From the NCBI GenBank assembly GCA_049605255.1, contig JBMYUJ010000003.1, forward strand, positions 5,063 through 69,062: a DNA stretch of 64,000 bases. Reading direction: 5' to 3'. The position numbers and the translations under genes are program-made. Source of the stretch: Magnetospiraceae bacterium (GTDB lineage: Bacteria > Pseudomonadota > Alphaproteobacteria > Rhodospirillales > JBMYUJ01). Shown piece after piece: positions 1 to 9,193 of this stretch (positions within the stretch are counted from its first letter, which is position 1; each line of letters starts with the position of its first letter). Below the pieces are notes generated by a model that did no database searches, was not told the DNA's origin, and worked only from the letters and a program-made list of their open reading frames with translations.

Positions 1-149
1 ATCTCGCCCCGCGCCTTCACCGCGCCTGCCGCCTGAATGGCGCCGCCGAACAGCAACAGCTTTTCGGTCAGGGTGGTTTTACCGGCATCCGGGTGGGAAA
101 TAATGGCGAAGGTGCGCCGCCGCGCCACCGCCGTATCGAGGGCCGTCAT
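1..149 (-). CDS. prfC: Peptide chain release factor 3, N-terminal fragment (gene continues beyond window start)
   Basis: The reverse complement from the ATG at 149-147 reads [49 protein letters not shown]. This is the RF3 N-terminus with the GTPase P-loop AHPDAGKTT. The ORF runs off the window edge. Confidence 0.85.
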   Translation of the reverse strand, partial: MTALDTAVARRRTFAIISHPDAGKTTLTEKLLLFGGAIQAAGAVKARGE

Positions 150-257
150 CTGGGCAATCCGGGTTTCATTACGGGACAGGGGCCGGACTTTAGCGATTTC
201 GGCGGTGATTACCAAGATAAAGCTTTCGCGCGCGGGCGGGCGGCAGTAAGAGGGGGC

Positions 258-1130
258 ATGAAACATATCTCCCCCACCTTTGCCCGCGCCATGCCCCTGG
301 TGTTCGTGCTGCTTTGGAGCTCAGGTTTTATCGGCGCCAAATACGGCGTTCCCTATGCGGAACCCTTTACCTTGCTGGGGCTTCGGCTTGCCATCGTCAC
401 GGTGATCATGGGCGGGGTCTGCGTGGTGTATCGGGTGCCTTGGCCGCGGCGGCGCGATGTTGTCTGGCGCGCGGCGATCATTGGCATTTTGATGCATGGC
501 GGCTATTTGGGCGGGGTATTTGCGGCCATTTCACTTGGCATGTCCGTCGGTCTGGCGGCCCTGTTCGTGGGCCTGCAACCCTTGCTCACCGCCTTGCTGG
601 CGGGCCCCATGTTCGGTGAGCGGCTGAGCTTGCGGCAATGGGGCGGTTTGGGCCTGGGCTTTGTTGGCGTCGCCCTGGTCGTTTCTGGCAAAACCAGCTT
701 TGACGGGGTCGAACCTCTCGCCTTCCTCTTCATCGCCATCGCCCTGGTGGGCATTTCTTCCGGCACGCTGTTCCAAAAGCGCTATGGCACCGAAATTGAG
801 ATGCGCATGGGATCGGTAATCCAGTTCGCCGCAGCGGGGGTGGTGATGGGGATCGTCTCCTTCTTTTTGGAGGCTCAACAGATTACCTGGGCCATGCCAC
901 TGATCCTGACCCTGTTATGGCTGGTGTTTGGTCTTTCTATCGGGGCGGTTTTTTTGCTGTATATTCTTATTCGCGACGGGGAAGCGGCGCGGGTGGCCAG
1001 CCTGTTCTATCTGGTGCCGCCGGTTTCTGCGATCATGGCCTTTCTGCTGTTCGGCGAAACCATGGATGGCCCGACCCTGGGCGGCTTGGCGGCCACCGTG
1101 GTGGGCGTTGCCCTGGTACAGAAGCGATAG
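258..1130 (+). CDS. DMT/EamA-family transporter
   Basis: An internal ATG at 258 is preceded by GAGGGGG. The product starts [30 protein letters not shown], is a ~10-TM hydrophobic protein, and has the typical EamA duplication. The upstream part of the 93..1130 ORF looks non-coding. Confidence 0.8.
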   Translation: MKHISPTFARAMPLVFVLLWSSGFIGAKYGVPYAEPFTLLGLRLAIVTVIMGGVCVVYRVPWPRRRDVVWRAAIIGILMHGGYLGGVFAAISLGMSVGLAALFVGLQPLLTALLAGPMFGERLSLRQWGGLGLGFVGVALVVSGKTSFDGVEPLAFLFIAIALVGISSGTLFQKRYGTEIEMRMGSVIQFAAAGVVMGIVSFFLEAQQITWAMPLILTLLWLVFGLSIGAVFLLYILIRDGEAARVASLFYLVPPVSAIMAFLLFGETMDGPTLGGLAATVVGVALVQKR

Positions 1131-1140
1131 GAGGAAATAC

Positions 1141-1725
1141 ATGGCCAAGGTGACATCCATTTGTGTTTTCTGCGGTTCGCGGATGGGGATGGATCCCACC
1201 CACGCCCAGGCCGCCCTGCATCTCGGCACCTTGTTGGCAGACCGGGGTATTCGGTTGATCTATGGCGGCGGGGGCATCGGGTTGATGGGCCAAGTGGCGC
1301 AGGCCACCGTGGATGCGGGCGGGCAGGTGACCGGGATCATCCCCACTTTCCTGCAAAACTATGAGCTGGGTGGCCCCGCCGAAGCCGAGGTCATCGTCGT
1401 CGACAGCATGCACGAACGCAAACGCATGATGTTTGAGCGCGCCGACGCGTTCGTTATTTTGCCCGGCGGCCTGGGCACCTTGGACGAGGCCATCGAGATC
1501 ACCACCTGGAAGCAGCTCCAACGGCATCAAAAGCCGATCATCTTTCTGAATGAGGGGCGCTATTGGAACCCGTTTCTCGCCCTTATCGATCACGTGGTCG
1601 AAAACGGCTATGGGCATGGGAAGGTCAAGGAACTGTATTCGGTGGTCGATACCGTTGAAGCCGTTTTCGACGCCATTGCGGCGGCGCCAGCGCCAGATGA
1701 AGAAGTGTTCACCAGTCACCTTTGA
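1141..1725 (+). CDS. LOG-family (TIGR00730) nucleotide 5'-monophosphate nucleosidase
   Basis: The ATG at 1141 follows a TAGGAGGAAA SD. The product has VFCGS, IYGGGGIGLMG and PGGLGTLDE motifs characteristic of LOG / lysine-decarboxylase-like proteins. Confidence 0.85.
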   Translation: MAKVTSICVFCGSRMGMDPTHAQAALHLGTLLADRGIRLIYGGGGIGLMGQVAQATVDAGGQVTGIIPTFLQNYELGGPAEAEVIVVDSMHERKRMMFERADAFVILPGGLGTLDEAIEITTWKQLQRHQKPIIFLNEGRYWNPFLALIDHVVENGYGHGKVKELYSVVDTVEAVFDAIAAAPAPDEEVFTSHL

Positions 1726-1733
1726 TCCGGTGC

Positions 1734-2846
1734 CTATTCCGCCGCGTTCTTTTCCGCTTCCAGCAGGGCGGCGCGTTCTTCCACCAGAGCCACCACCTTG
1801 TCGATCAGGGCCGCGCCCCCCACCGGTTTATCCACCGAACCGCCCACATAGATCATATGTCGGTTATTGCCACCGCCGGTGACCCCAACGTCGGAAGAGC
1901 GGGCCTCCCCGGGGCCGTTCACCACACAACCGATGATGGAGACGGTAATGGGGGCATGAATATGGGCCAGGCGTTCTTCGATGGTGGAAACGGTTTTGAT
2001 CACATCGAACCCCTGCCGCGCGCAACTGGGGCAGGCGATGATCCGCACGCCGCGATGGCGCAGGTTCAGGGCTTTGAGGATATCGAAGCCGACCCGGATC
2101 TCTTCCACCGGGTTGGCCGAGAGGGACACCCGGATGGTATCGCCGATCCCCTCCATCAGCAGGGTGCCGAGCCCGATGGCGGAGACCACCGACCCGGAAC
2201 GCAGCCCCCCGGCCTCGGTAATTCCCAGATGCAGCGGATAGTCGCAGGCTTTGGCAAGGGCGCGGTAGGACGCAATGGACAAGAATACGTCCGACGCCTT
2301 CACACTGATCTTGAAATCGAAAAAGTCGTTGTCTTCCAGAATGCGGGCATGGGTGAGGGCGCTTTCCACCATAGCCTCCGGGCAGGGTTCCCGATATTTG
2401 TCCAACAGCGCCTTTTCCAGGCTGCCCGCGTTGACGCCAATGCGCATGGAACAGCCATGGTCCTTGGCGGCGCGCACCACTTCCTGGACCCTGAGGGCAG
2501 ACCCGATATTGCCGGGATTGATGCGCAGGCAGGCAGCGCCCGCTTCGGCGGCTTCGATAGCGCGCCGGTAATGGAAATGGATATCCGCGACAATGGGAAC
2601 GGTGGTGGAGGCCACGATTTCCTTCAAGGCGGCGGTGGAGTCTTCATCCGGGCAGGAAATTCGCACGATGTCCGCGCCTGCTTCTTCCAGCGCGCGGACC
2701 TGGGCGATGGTACTCTTGGCATCCGCCGTCACCGTGTTGGTCATGGATTGGACCGAGATAGGGGCATGATCGCCCACCGGCACATCACCAACCATCAGGC
2801 GCCGGGACGGGCGCCGGGTGATCTCACGATAGGGGTAGTTTCCCAT
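1734..2846 (-). CDS. ispG: 4-hydroxy-3-methylbut-2-en-1-yl diphosphate synthase (flavodoxin)
   Basis: The 370-aa product is full-length IspG/GcpE-like, with [14 protein letters not shown] and the C-terminal CPSCAR and GCVVNGPGE 4Fe-4S ligand motifs. Confidence 0.95.
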   Translation of the reverse strand: MGNYPYREITRRPSRRLMVGDVPVGDHAPISVQSMTNTVTADAKSTIAQVRALEEAGADIVRISCPDEDSTAALKEIVASTTVPIVADIHFHYRRAIEAAEAGAACLRINPGNIGSALRVQEVVRAAKDHGCSMRIGVNAGSLEKALLDKYREPCPEAMVESALTHARILEDNDFFDFKISVKASDVFLSIASYRALAKACDYPLHLGITEAGGLRSGSVVSAIGLGTLLMEGIGDTIRVSLSANPVEEIRVGFDILKALNLRHRGVRIIACPSCARQGFDVIKTVSTIEERLAHIHAPITVSIIGCVVNGPGEARSSDVGVTGGGNNRHMIYVGGSVDKPVGGAALIDKVVALVEERAALLEAEKNAAE

Positions 2847-2913
2847 GGGTCTGCGGCTCCGAAAAGAAGGAAGTGGCGACTGTTATAGGCGATTTAGGCG
2901 CTCTATCACAGCG

Positions 2914-2938
2914 AAAGGGCGCCAAAATGGCGCCCTTT
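2914..2938 (-). terminator. Putative rho-independent terminator after the DegP-type gene
   Basis: A perfect 10-bp stem (AAAGGGCGCC/GGCGCCCTTT) with a 5-nt loop lies 38 nt downstream of the protease stop. On the minus strand it is followed by TTTCGCTG, a weak U-tract. Confidence 0.5.
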
Positions 2939-2975
2939 GCGATGAATTTAATCAAGCTGCAATCCGCTGGGTCCT

Positions 2976-4490
2976 CTAGCTGTCGATTCTGACGGCCACG
3001 AACCGCACACCACCTTGGGCTTCGAGCATCAATAACACGGAGCGCCGCTTCTCTGCCCGAGCATTGGCGATTTCGCGAGAGACCTCTGCCGGGGAGGACA
3101 CCTTGTTCTGGTTGACCTCGGCAATGACATCCCCGGGGACCACGTCCTTCTCGGCGGCGGGGCCGTTGCCATCGACGTCGATTACCACCACACCCTTGAT
3201 ATTCCCATCGATTTCAAACTGCTCCCGCAGTTCCGGCGTCAGGGCGCCCAAGGTCAACCCGAGGGTTTCCTCCTTGGCGGTGGGGGCATTGCTTTTCGGT
3301 TCCTCTCGGGCCGCAGCCAGATATTCCTGCTTCAGCTCCGCCACTTCGATGCTGGCGGTTTCCTTCTTGCCGTCCCGCCAAACTTCCACCTCAACGGTCT
3401 TGCCCACCGGTGTATCGGCGACGATCCGCGGCAGCTTGCGCATTTCCGGCACGTCCCTGCCATCAAAGGTCAAGATCACGTCGCCGGGCTTCAATCCGCC
3501 ACCCGCTGCCGGGCTGCCTTCGGTTACGCTGGCCACCAGGGCGCCACGTGCGGAGTCCAGTTTCAGACTCTCGGCAATTTCATCGGTTACCAATTGAATG
3601 CGCACGCCCAACCAACCGCGCTTCACTTGGCCAGATTGAATCAATTGATCAACAATCGGTTCGGCCACCTGGCTGGGCACGGCAAAGCCGATGCCCACAT
3701 TGCCGCCAGACGGCGAAAAAATCAGGGTGTTCACGCCGATCACATCGCCGTCCAGATTGAACAGCGGGCCGCCGGAATTGCCTTTGTTGATGGAGGCGTC
3801 GGTTTGGATAAAGTCGTCATAGCGTCCGGCGTTGATATCCCGGCCCCGCGCGGAAATGATCCCGGCGGTGACGGTGCTACCCAAGCCGAAGGGGTTGCCC
3901 ACGGCCATGACCCAATCGCCCACATGGGCCTGATCCGAATTGCCGAATTTGACCGCAGGGATTTCAGCGGCATCCGGATCGATCTTCAGCACCGCGATAT
4001 CCGTTTCCGGATCGGTGCCGACCAATTCCGCGTCGATAATGGTGCCGTCATGCAAGACAACCCGGATTTCCGCCGCATCGGCAATCACATGGTTGTTGGT
4101 CACAACATGTCCTTCGGTATCGATCACAAAACCGGATCCAAGCGATGTCGGGCGTCGCTGCGGGTGAGGCGCCCCTTGGCCTTGCCGCTTTTCAAAGAAA
4201 TCCTTGAAAAACTCTTCGAAGGGCGAGCCCGGGGGAAGATTGAATTCCTCCATGGCTTGGGGGCCGCCGTTGCTGGCCTGGGTGGTCGAGATGGTGACCA
4301 CCGAGGGAATGACCTTTTTCGCCAGGCCGGAGAAGCTCTCCGGCGCCGGGGCCGCCTGCGCCGCAGCCATCATGGCCAGCGCAATGACGAAGACCGACAG
4401 GGCGGTGACCAAAATGTGGAACGGCGACGGTGTCGATCGGGCTGCGACGGCCGACCGGCTCAAGGCGCTTTGCTGATTATTGGTTCTCAC
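2976..4490 (-). CDS. Periplasmic Do/DegP/DegQ-family serine endoprotease (trypsin domain plus two PDZ domains)
   Basis: The 504-aa product starts at a GTG with a GGAG SD and has a signal/TM segment. It carries the catalytic motifs TNNHV, D..IAVLK and GNSGGPL, followed by two PDZ-like regions. Confidence 0.9.
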   Translation of the reverse strand: MRTNNQQSALSRSAVAARSTPSPFHILVTALSVFVIALAMMAAAQAAPAPESFSGLAKKVIPSVVTISTTQASNGGPQAMEEFNLPPGSPFEEFFKDFFEKRQGQGAPHPQRRPTSLGSGFVIDTEGHVVTNNHVIADAAEIRVVLHDGTIIDAELVGTDPETDIAVLKIDPDAAEIPAVKFGNSDQAHVGDWVMAVGNPFGLGSTVTAGIISARGRDINAGRYDDFIQTDASINKGNSGGPLFNLDGDVIGVNTLIFSPSGGNVGIGFAVPSQVAEPIVDQLIQSGQVKRGWLGVRIQLVTDEIAESLKLDSARGALVASVTEGSPAAGGGLKPGDVILTFDGRDVPEMRKLPRIVADTPVGKTVEVEVWRDGKKETASIEVAELKQEYLAAAREEPKSNAPTAKEETLGLTLGALTPELREQFEIDGNIKGVVVIDVDGNGPAAEKDVVPGDVIAEVNQNKVSSPAEVSREIANARAEKRRSVLLMLEAQGGVRFVAVRIDS

Positions 4491-5497
4491 CTCGAATACT
4501 CCATGTTTTTCAAACGCGATGGGACAGCGTTTTTTTTGCTGGTTTCCAGGTAATCAGATGAAGGGGCGCAATCAAGCGCCTTTCTGAGGAGATTTTCATA
4601 TGGGGCCAGAATACGGTTGAACTATGGCATCTATGGGGAAACCCCGCCCCGACTTGTGAAATGGCATTTGCCCGCTTGAGGAGGGAAGGTGTCGACAATA
4701 ATCTTATAACAGCTAGAAAATTCTATTATACACGCAATAAGGGGTGTCAATGGGGGTCATGCGGAGCGTTGGCGGGTCGAAAACCCGCCGGGAGCGGTAC
4801 TCCCGTGCGGGGATTGCCGCGGAGTTGTTCCGGTAGATTCGAGAGGCGGGGGTCGACCCCTCAGATCGACCGATGCTGCGGCGATTCGCCTATGCCTTTC
4901 GGCGGGAGACCGGTTGGCAACTACAGCTCCTCGCAGACCTTGGCGGCCACGTTTACCGGGTTTGCGCCCTGAATTCACGCGCAGAACCCGTACCGCGAAA
5001 GGCGGCCTTCCGGGCGCTGAAAAACATGTGTCTTCCGGGCGCGAGGATCGTCGGCACCGGAGCAGCGCCTGCGCTCTTTTTGCGCCCATTTCTTTGGGAC
5101 ACGGGCTCTCGATTCATAAAATTGGCGCCCTTTTTGGACCTCGCCAATCCCGTGGGACTATGGGGAAACAGGGCCGCGGATGTCCGCGCGGTATAGTCCG
5201 CCTTGGCGAAGATTGATCGACCTTACTTGAGGGAGACCTTTTGGACCGGTCCGGTGACTGGACGGCCATCCGGCGGGTTGGTTGCCGCGATCCGGTTGTT
5301 TCAGCGTGCCAGGGGGATCAGCCCATCCGGTCGTATTTACCCAAGGGATGCCACCGCCACGGCGCTCGCCGCGCGACGGACGCGATCTAGTCGGACGGCC
5401 CGGCATTGGCCCTTGGGTCAACGGTTGCCCCGCACCACTGCGCAACAAGTGGGGAAGGCGCCCCTGCGGCGGCGCGCCTCGGACCCAAACTTGACCG

Positions 5498-6604
5498 TTA
5501 TTGCACGACGATGCGCGGGCCTTTCGGCGCCGCGCCGCCAATGATTGCCGAAACTTTCGCCCAAATCTTATCGGCGCAGGCCTTGTAGGCTTGCGCGTGG
5601 GCACTTTCCGGATCGGATACCACGATCGGGTTGCCCGCATCGGAGGTTTCCCGAATCGCCATATCCAGGGGAATTTCCCCGAGGAAATCGGCGCCGAGCT
5701 GCCCGGCCACTTTGCGGGCGCCGCCATGGCTGAAGATCTCCGTGCGCTCCCCGCAATGGGGGCAGGCGAAATAGCTCATATTCTCGATGATGCCAAACAC
5801 CGGCACCTCGACCTTGCGGAACATGTTCAGGCCCTTGCGGGCATCGAGCAGCGCGATATCCTGCGGGGTGGAGACGATCACCGCGCCGGTCAAAGGCACC
5901 CGCTGCGCCATGGTCAGCTGCGCATCGCCGGTGCCCGGCGGCATATCGACCACCAACACATCCAGAGCGCCCCAATTCACATCCCGCATCATCTGTTCCA
6001 GGGCGCCCATCACTATGGGGCCGCGCCAGATCATCGGGGTGTCTTCCTCTACCAGGAAACCCATAGACATGCACAGAATGCCATGGTTGCCCATGGGATC
6101 GAGCGTCCGCCCGTCCGACGAGGAGGGCTCGCCCCGAATGCCCAGCATGCGCGGCATGGACGGGCCGTAGATATCCGCGTCCAGAAGGCCAACTGTCAGC
6201 CCCTTCGCAGACAGGGCCAGGGCCAGATTCACCGCGGTGGTGGATTTGCCGACGCCGCCTTTGCCAGAGGCCACGGCGATAATGGATTTAACCTGCGGCA
6301 GAAGCATATTTTCAAAGCCCTCGCTGGTGGCTTTATGCTCCGCCTCGGCACCAGGGCGCTCCGCTGTCAGCACCACCGTAGCGGTGATGACGCCGGGTAA
6401 CCCATGCACGATTTTCTCCGCTTCGGCGCGCAGGGGCTCCAACGCCGGGCCCCGTTGCGGGTCGACCTGAATGGTAAACGCAACATGGCCATCCTTGACC
6501 TGTAGGCCCTGGACCATCCCCAGGCTGACGATATCCGCCTTGCGGTCCGGGTCGATGACCCCGCCCAATGCTTCGAGAATCTGTTGTTCGTTTACCGAGG
6601 CCAT
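5498..6604 (-). CDS. apbC: Mrp/ApbC/NBP35-family Fe-S cluster carrier ATPase
   Basis: The product has an N-terminal DUF59-like domain ([12 protein letters not shown]), a deviant Walker [11 protein letters not shown], and the CPHCG cluster-binding motif. Confidence 0.9.
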   Translation of the reverse strand: MASVNEQQILEALGGVIDPDRKADIVSLGMVQGLQVKDGHVAFTIQVDPQRGPALEPLRAEAEKIVHGLPGVITATVVLTAERPGAEAEHKATSEGFENMLLPQVKSIIAVASGKGGVGKSTTAVNLALALSAKGLTVGLLDADIYGPSMPRMLGIRGEPSSSDGRTLDPMGNHGILCMSMGFLVEEDTPMIWRGPIVMGALEQMMRDVNWGALDVLVVDMPPGTGDAQLTMAQRVPLTGAVIVSTPQDIALLDARKGLNMFRKVEVPVFGIIENMSYFACPHCGERTEIFSHGGARKVAGQLGADFLGEIPLDMAIRETSDAGNPIVVSDPESAHAQAYKACADKIWAKVSAIIGGAAPKGPRIVVQ

Positions 6605-6824
6605 CCTTGATTTCTCCTGTGTATCAGACGATATCCCTGGGAACCGAGGAATTTAATCCGTTGTCGACCCCGGGGGTGCGGCTTCAAGGCACGCTTTGTG
6701 GACATAGCGGATCATATAGGGCAGGTTGCGGCACGGTACAAACCCGATTGGGAGTTTTGTTCCCCTAAAGGAGTAGTTATTTGCGGGCCTGCCCGTAGAT
6801 CATCGACACAAGAAGAGGAAGACT

Positions 6825-7976
6825 ATGGCTTGGAATTCACAAGGCGGCGGCCCCTGGGGCGGTGGCGGAAATGGTCAAGGCCCCTGGGGCGGCGGCAATG
6901 GCGGCTCCGGTGGCGGAGGCGGGCCATCCGGTCAAATGCCACCTGATCTGGAGGACATGATTCGCAAGAGTCAGGACCGCATCAAGAAATTTGTCCCCGG
7001 GGGGGGCAATGGCTTGTTACCCGGTGGATTCCGCAGCTTAACCGTGGTCGTTCTGTTGGCGGTTATCGTGTGGGGTTTCTTTGGCATGTATCGGGTGCAG
7101 CCGGGCGAACAAGGCGTTGAGCTGCTGTTCGGCGAATTTGTCAAGACCACGGAATCCGGCCTGCATTTTTGGTTTCCGCCGCCGATTGGCTCAGTAGAAA
7201 AACCCAATGTGGAGAAAACCAATGTAATCACCATCGGCTATCGCGGCAGCGGCGATGTGCGCGGCGATCTTGTGCGGGACGTGCCGCAAGAAAGCCTGAT
7301 GATCACCGGTGATCAGAATATCGTCGACGTGGATTTCATGGTGCAATGGCGGATCAGCAGCGCGGCGGATTACCTGTTTAACATCCGCGACCCGGAAACC
7401 ACCATCAAGGCCGCCGCCGAAAGCGCGATTCGCGAAGTGGTGGGCCAGATGCCGCTGGAAAACACCCTGTCCCTGGCGCGCGGCGAGGTGCAAGACAAAA
7501 CGCGGGTGATTCTTCAGGAAATATTGAATAAATACAATGCGGGTGTGGCCATCGCGGACGTAAAGCTGCAAAAGACCGAACCGCCTTCGGACGTGATCGA
7601 TGCCTTTAACGATGTGCAGCGGGCGCGGCAGGACCAGGAACGTCTGGTCAACGAGGCCACCGCCTATCGCAACGACATCGTGCCCCGGGCGCGAGGCCAG
7701 GCGAAACGCATGATCGAGGATGCCTCCGCTTACAAGGAAAGGGTGGTCCGCGACGCGGAAGGTGAGGCGAACCGGTTCTTGTCTGTTCTGGAGGCCTATA
7801 AAACGGGCCGCGAAGTGACCAGCCAACGGCTGTATCTGGAGGCCATGCAGAGCATTCTCGGCAAATCCGAAAAAGTGATCATCGATCCATCCGGTGAAGG
7901 GGGGAGCGGCGGAGTTGTGCCCTATTTGCCCCTGCCGGAAGTCCAAAAACGCCGCACGGGAGGAGCCGCCCAATGA
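6825..7976 (+). CDS. hflK: FtsH protease modulator HflK (SPFH/band-7)
   Basis: The product has a Gly-rich N-terminus (GGGPWGGGGNGQGPWGGGNGG), one TM and an SPFH domain. Its stop overlaps the following hflC start. Confidence 0.9.
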   Translation: MAWNSQGGGPWGGGGNGQGPWGGGNGGSGGGGGPSGQMPPDLEDMIRKSQDRIKKFVPGGGNGLLPGGFRSLTVVVLLAVIVWGFFGMYRVQPGEQGVELLFGEFVKTTESGLHFWFPPPIGSVEKPNVEKTNVITIGYRGSGDVRGDLVRDVPQESLMITGDQNIVDVDFMVQWRISSAADYLFNIRDPETTIKAAAESAIREVVGQMPLENTLSLARGEVQDKTRVILQEILNKYNAGVAIADVKLQKTEPPSDVIDAFNDVQRARQDQERLVNEATAYRNDIVPRARGQAKRMIEDASAYKERVVRDAEGEANRFLSVLEAYKTGREVTSQRLYLEAMQSILGKSEKVIIDPSGEGGSGGVVPYLPLPEVQKRRTGGAAQ

Positions 7977-8842
7977 AGAAACTTGGATTAATCGGCGGCG
8001 TTGTCGTTGTGGTCGCCCTGTTGATCGTGGCGAACATGTCCCTTTACACGGTGTATCAAACCCAGCAGGCCCTGGTGCTGCAATTTGGCAATCCGGTGGG
8101 CGTGGAGGACCGTCCAGGGCTCCATTTCAAATTGCCGTGGCGCAATGTGGAATATTACGAACAGCGCATCCTTGATCTCGATCCCCCGCCCCAGGAAATC
8201 ATTCTGCGGGATCAAAAGCGGATCAATGTGGATGCTTTCGCGCGATACAAGATCAAGAACCCGCTGGTATTCCGTCAACGTGCGCTGACCGACGCCAATT
8301 TTCGGCAGATCTTCGGCGGCCGGTTGAACGCGGCCATTCGTGACCGGGTGGGTCAGGTCCTGTTGGGGGATATGCTGACCGCAAACCGGACCAAGGTGAT
8401 GTCGGAGATCGATGATCAGATGAAATCACAGGCGGAGGAATTTGGGATCGAGGTGATCGATGTGCGAATCGGCCGGACCGATCTGCCGGCGGCCACCAGC
8501 CAGTCGGTCTATAACCGGATGCGGTCAGACCGGATCGCCTATGCGGCGGAAATTCGAGCCCAAGGCGAGGAAAAGAAGCTGGAGATCGAAGCCCAGGCCG
8601 ACCGGGAACGGACCGTCATCCTGGCGGAAGCCCGCAAAACCTCGGAAACCCTGCGCGGTGAAGGGGATGCCCAGCGCACCCGATTGTTGGTTGATGCCTA
8701 TGGCCAGGATCCGGATTTCTTCGCCTTCTATCGGTCCATGGAGGCCTATGGTGCCGCTTTGGGTGAAGGAACAACGCTGGTCTTGTCGCCGGATAGTGAT
8801 TTCTTCCGGTTCTTCGGGGATCGCAACGGCGGGAAGGAATAA
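7973..8842 (+). CDS. hflC: FtsH protease modulator HflC (SPFH/band-7)
   Basis: The 289-aa product has an N-terminal TM and an SPFH domain. It overlaps hflK by 4 nt (ATGA), indicating translational coupling. Confidence 0.9.
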   Translation: MKKLGLIGGVVVVVALLIVANMSLYTVYQTQQALVLQFGNPVGVEDRPGLHFKLPWRNVEYYEQRILDLDPPPQEIILRDQKRINVDAFARYKIKNPLVFRQRALTDANFRQIFGGRLNAAIRDRVGQVLLGDMLTANRTKVMSEIDDQMKSQAEEFGIEVIDVRIGRTDLPAATSQSVYNRMRSDRIAYAAEIRAQGEEKKLEIEAQADRERTVILAEARKTSETLRGEGDAQRTRLLVDAYGQDPDFFAFYRSMEAYGAALGEGTTLVLSPDSDFFRFFGDRNGGKE

Positions 8843-8860
8843 CCGGCCTTTCGATGACGC

Positions 8861-8896
8861 GAAGACGCGGACCTGTGGGAGCGGGTCCGCGTCTTT
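8861..8896 (+). terminator. Rho-independent terminator after hflC
   Basis: The arms GAAGACGCGGACC and GGTCCGCGTCTT form a 12-bp perfect stem, followed directly by a TTTT run, 19 nt after the hflC stop. Confidence 0.55.
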
Positions 8897-8921
8897 TACA
8901 TTTGGAGCATGAGGGAAAGGA

Positions 8922-9107
8922 ATGACGGAACTCTTGGCCGCCCTGGGGCTGGCCTTGGCGATCGAAGGCATGCTGTACGCGCTGTTTCCGGCGGCCATGA
9001 AACGTATGATGATGCAGGTCTTGGCCACGCCTTTGTCCTCCCTTCGCGGTGTGGGGTTGAGCGCCGCTGCCATCGGCGTGGTCATTGTGTGGCTTGCACA
9101 CGGCTGA
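8922..9107 (+). CDS. DUF2065-family small membrane protein
   Basis: The 61-aa two-TM protein starts MTELLAALGLALAIEGMLYALFP and has a GAGGGAAAGGA SD. The position after hflKC is typical for DUF2065 in proteobacteria. Confidence 0.7.
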   Translation: MTELLAALGLALAIEGMLYALFPAAMKRMMMQVLATPLSSLRGVGLSAAAIGVVIVWLAHG

Positions 9108-9193
9108 CAGGCCCCGCAAAAAATGTTTAGAGTGCGATTCATGGGCCGCTCCATGCGGCGCGGCAAAGCGCTTGAACAATTCCCGGCCTGGTC

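Noticed and set aside
4741-5100. Possible tmRNA, RNase P RNA, SRP RNA or cobalamin riboswitch in the long apbC-degP spacer.
   Set aside because: I looked for several hallmark sequences on both strands and none is present intact.
- The RNase P P4 sequences GAGGAAAGUCCGGGC and ACAGAACCCGGCUUA. Only a partial GCAGAACCCGTACC is present.
- The tmRNA GGAUUCGAC and T-arm/GCUCCACCA, and an ANDN-type tag codon run.
- The SRP sequence GGUCCGGAAGGAAGCAGC.
- The B12 box. GGCGGGAGACCGGTT matches only the GGAGACC core, and no downstream gene lies on that strand.
5158-5727. A 189-aa minus-strand ORF spanning the apbC 3' end and the spacer.
   Set aside because: It overlaps apbC out of frame. Its extremely Arg/Pro/Gly-rich composition gives no coding signal.
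8525-9179. Two overlapping minus-strand ORFs (213 aa and 187 aa) across the hflC end and the DUF2065 region.
   Set aside because: They overlap hflC, the terminator hairpin and the DUF2065 gene on the opposite strand. Their composition is Arg/Pro/His-rich and they have no start-site support.
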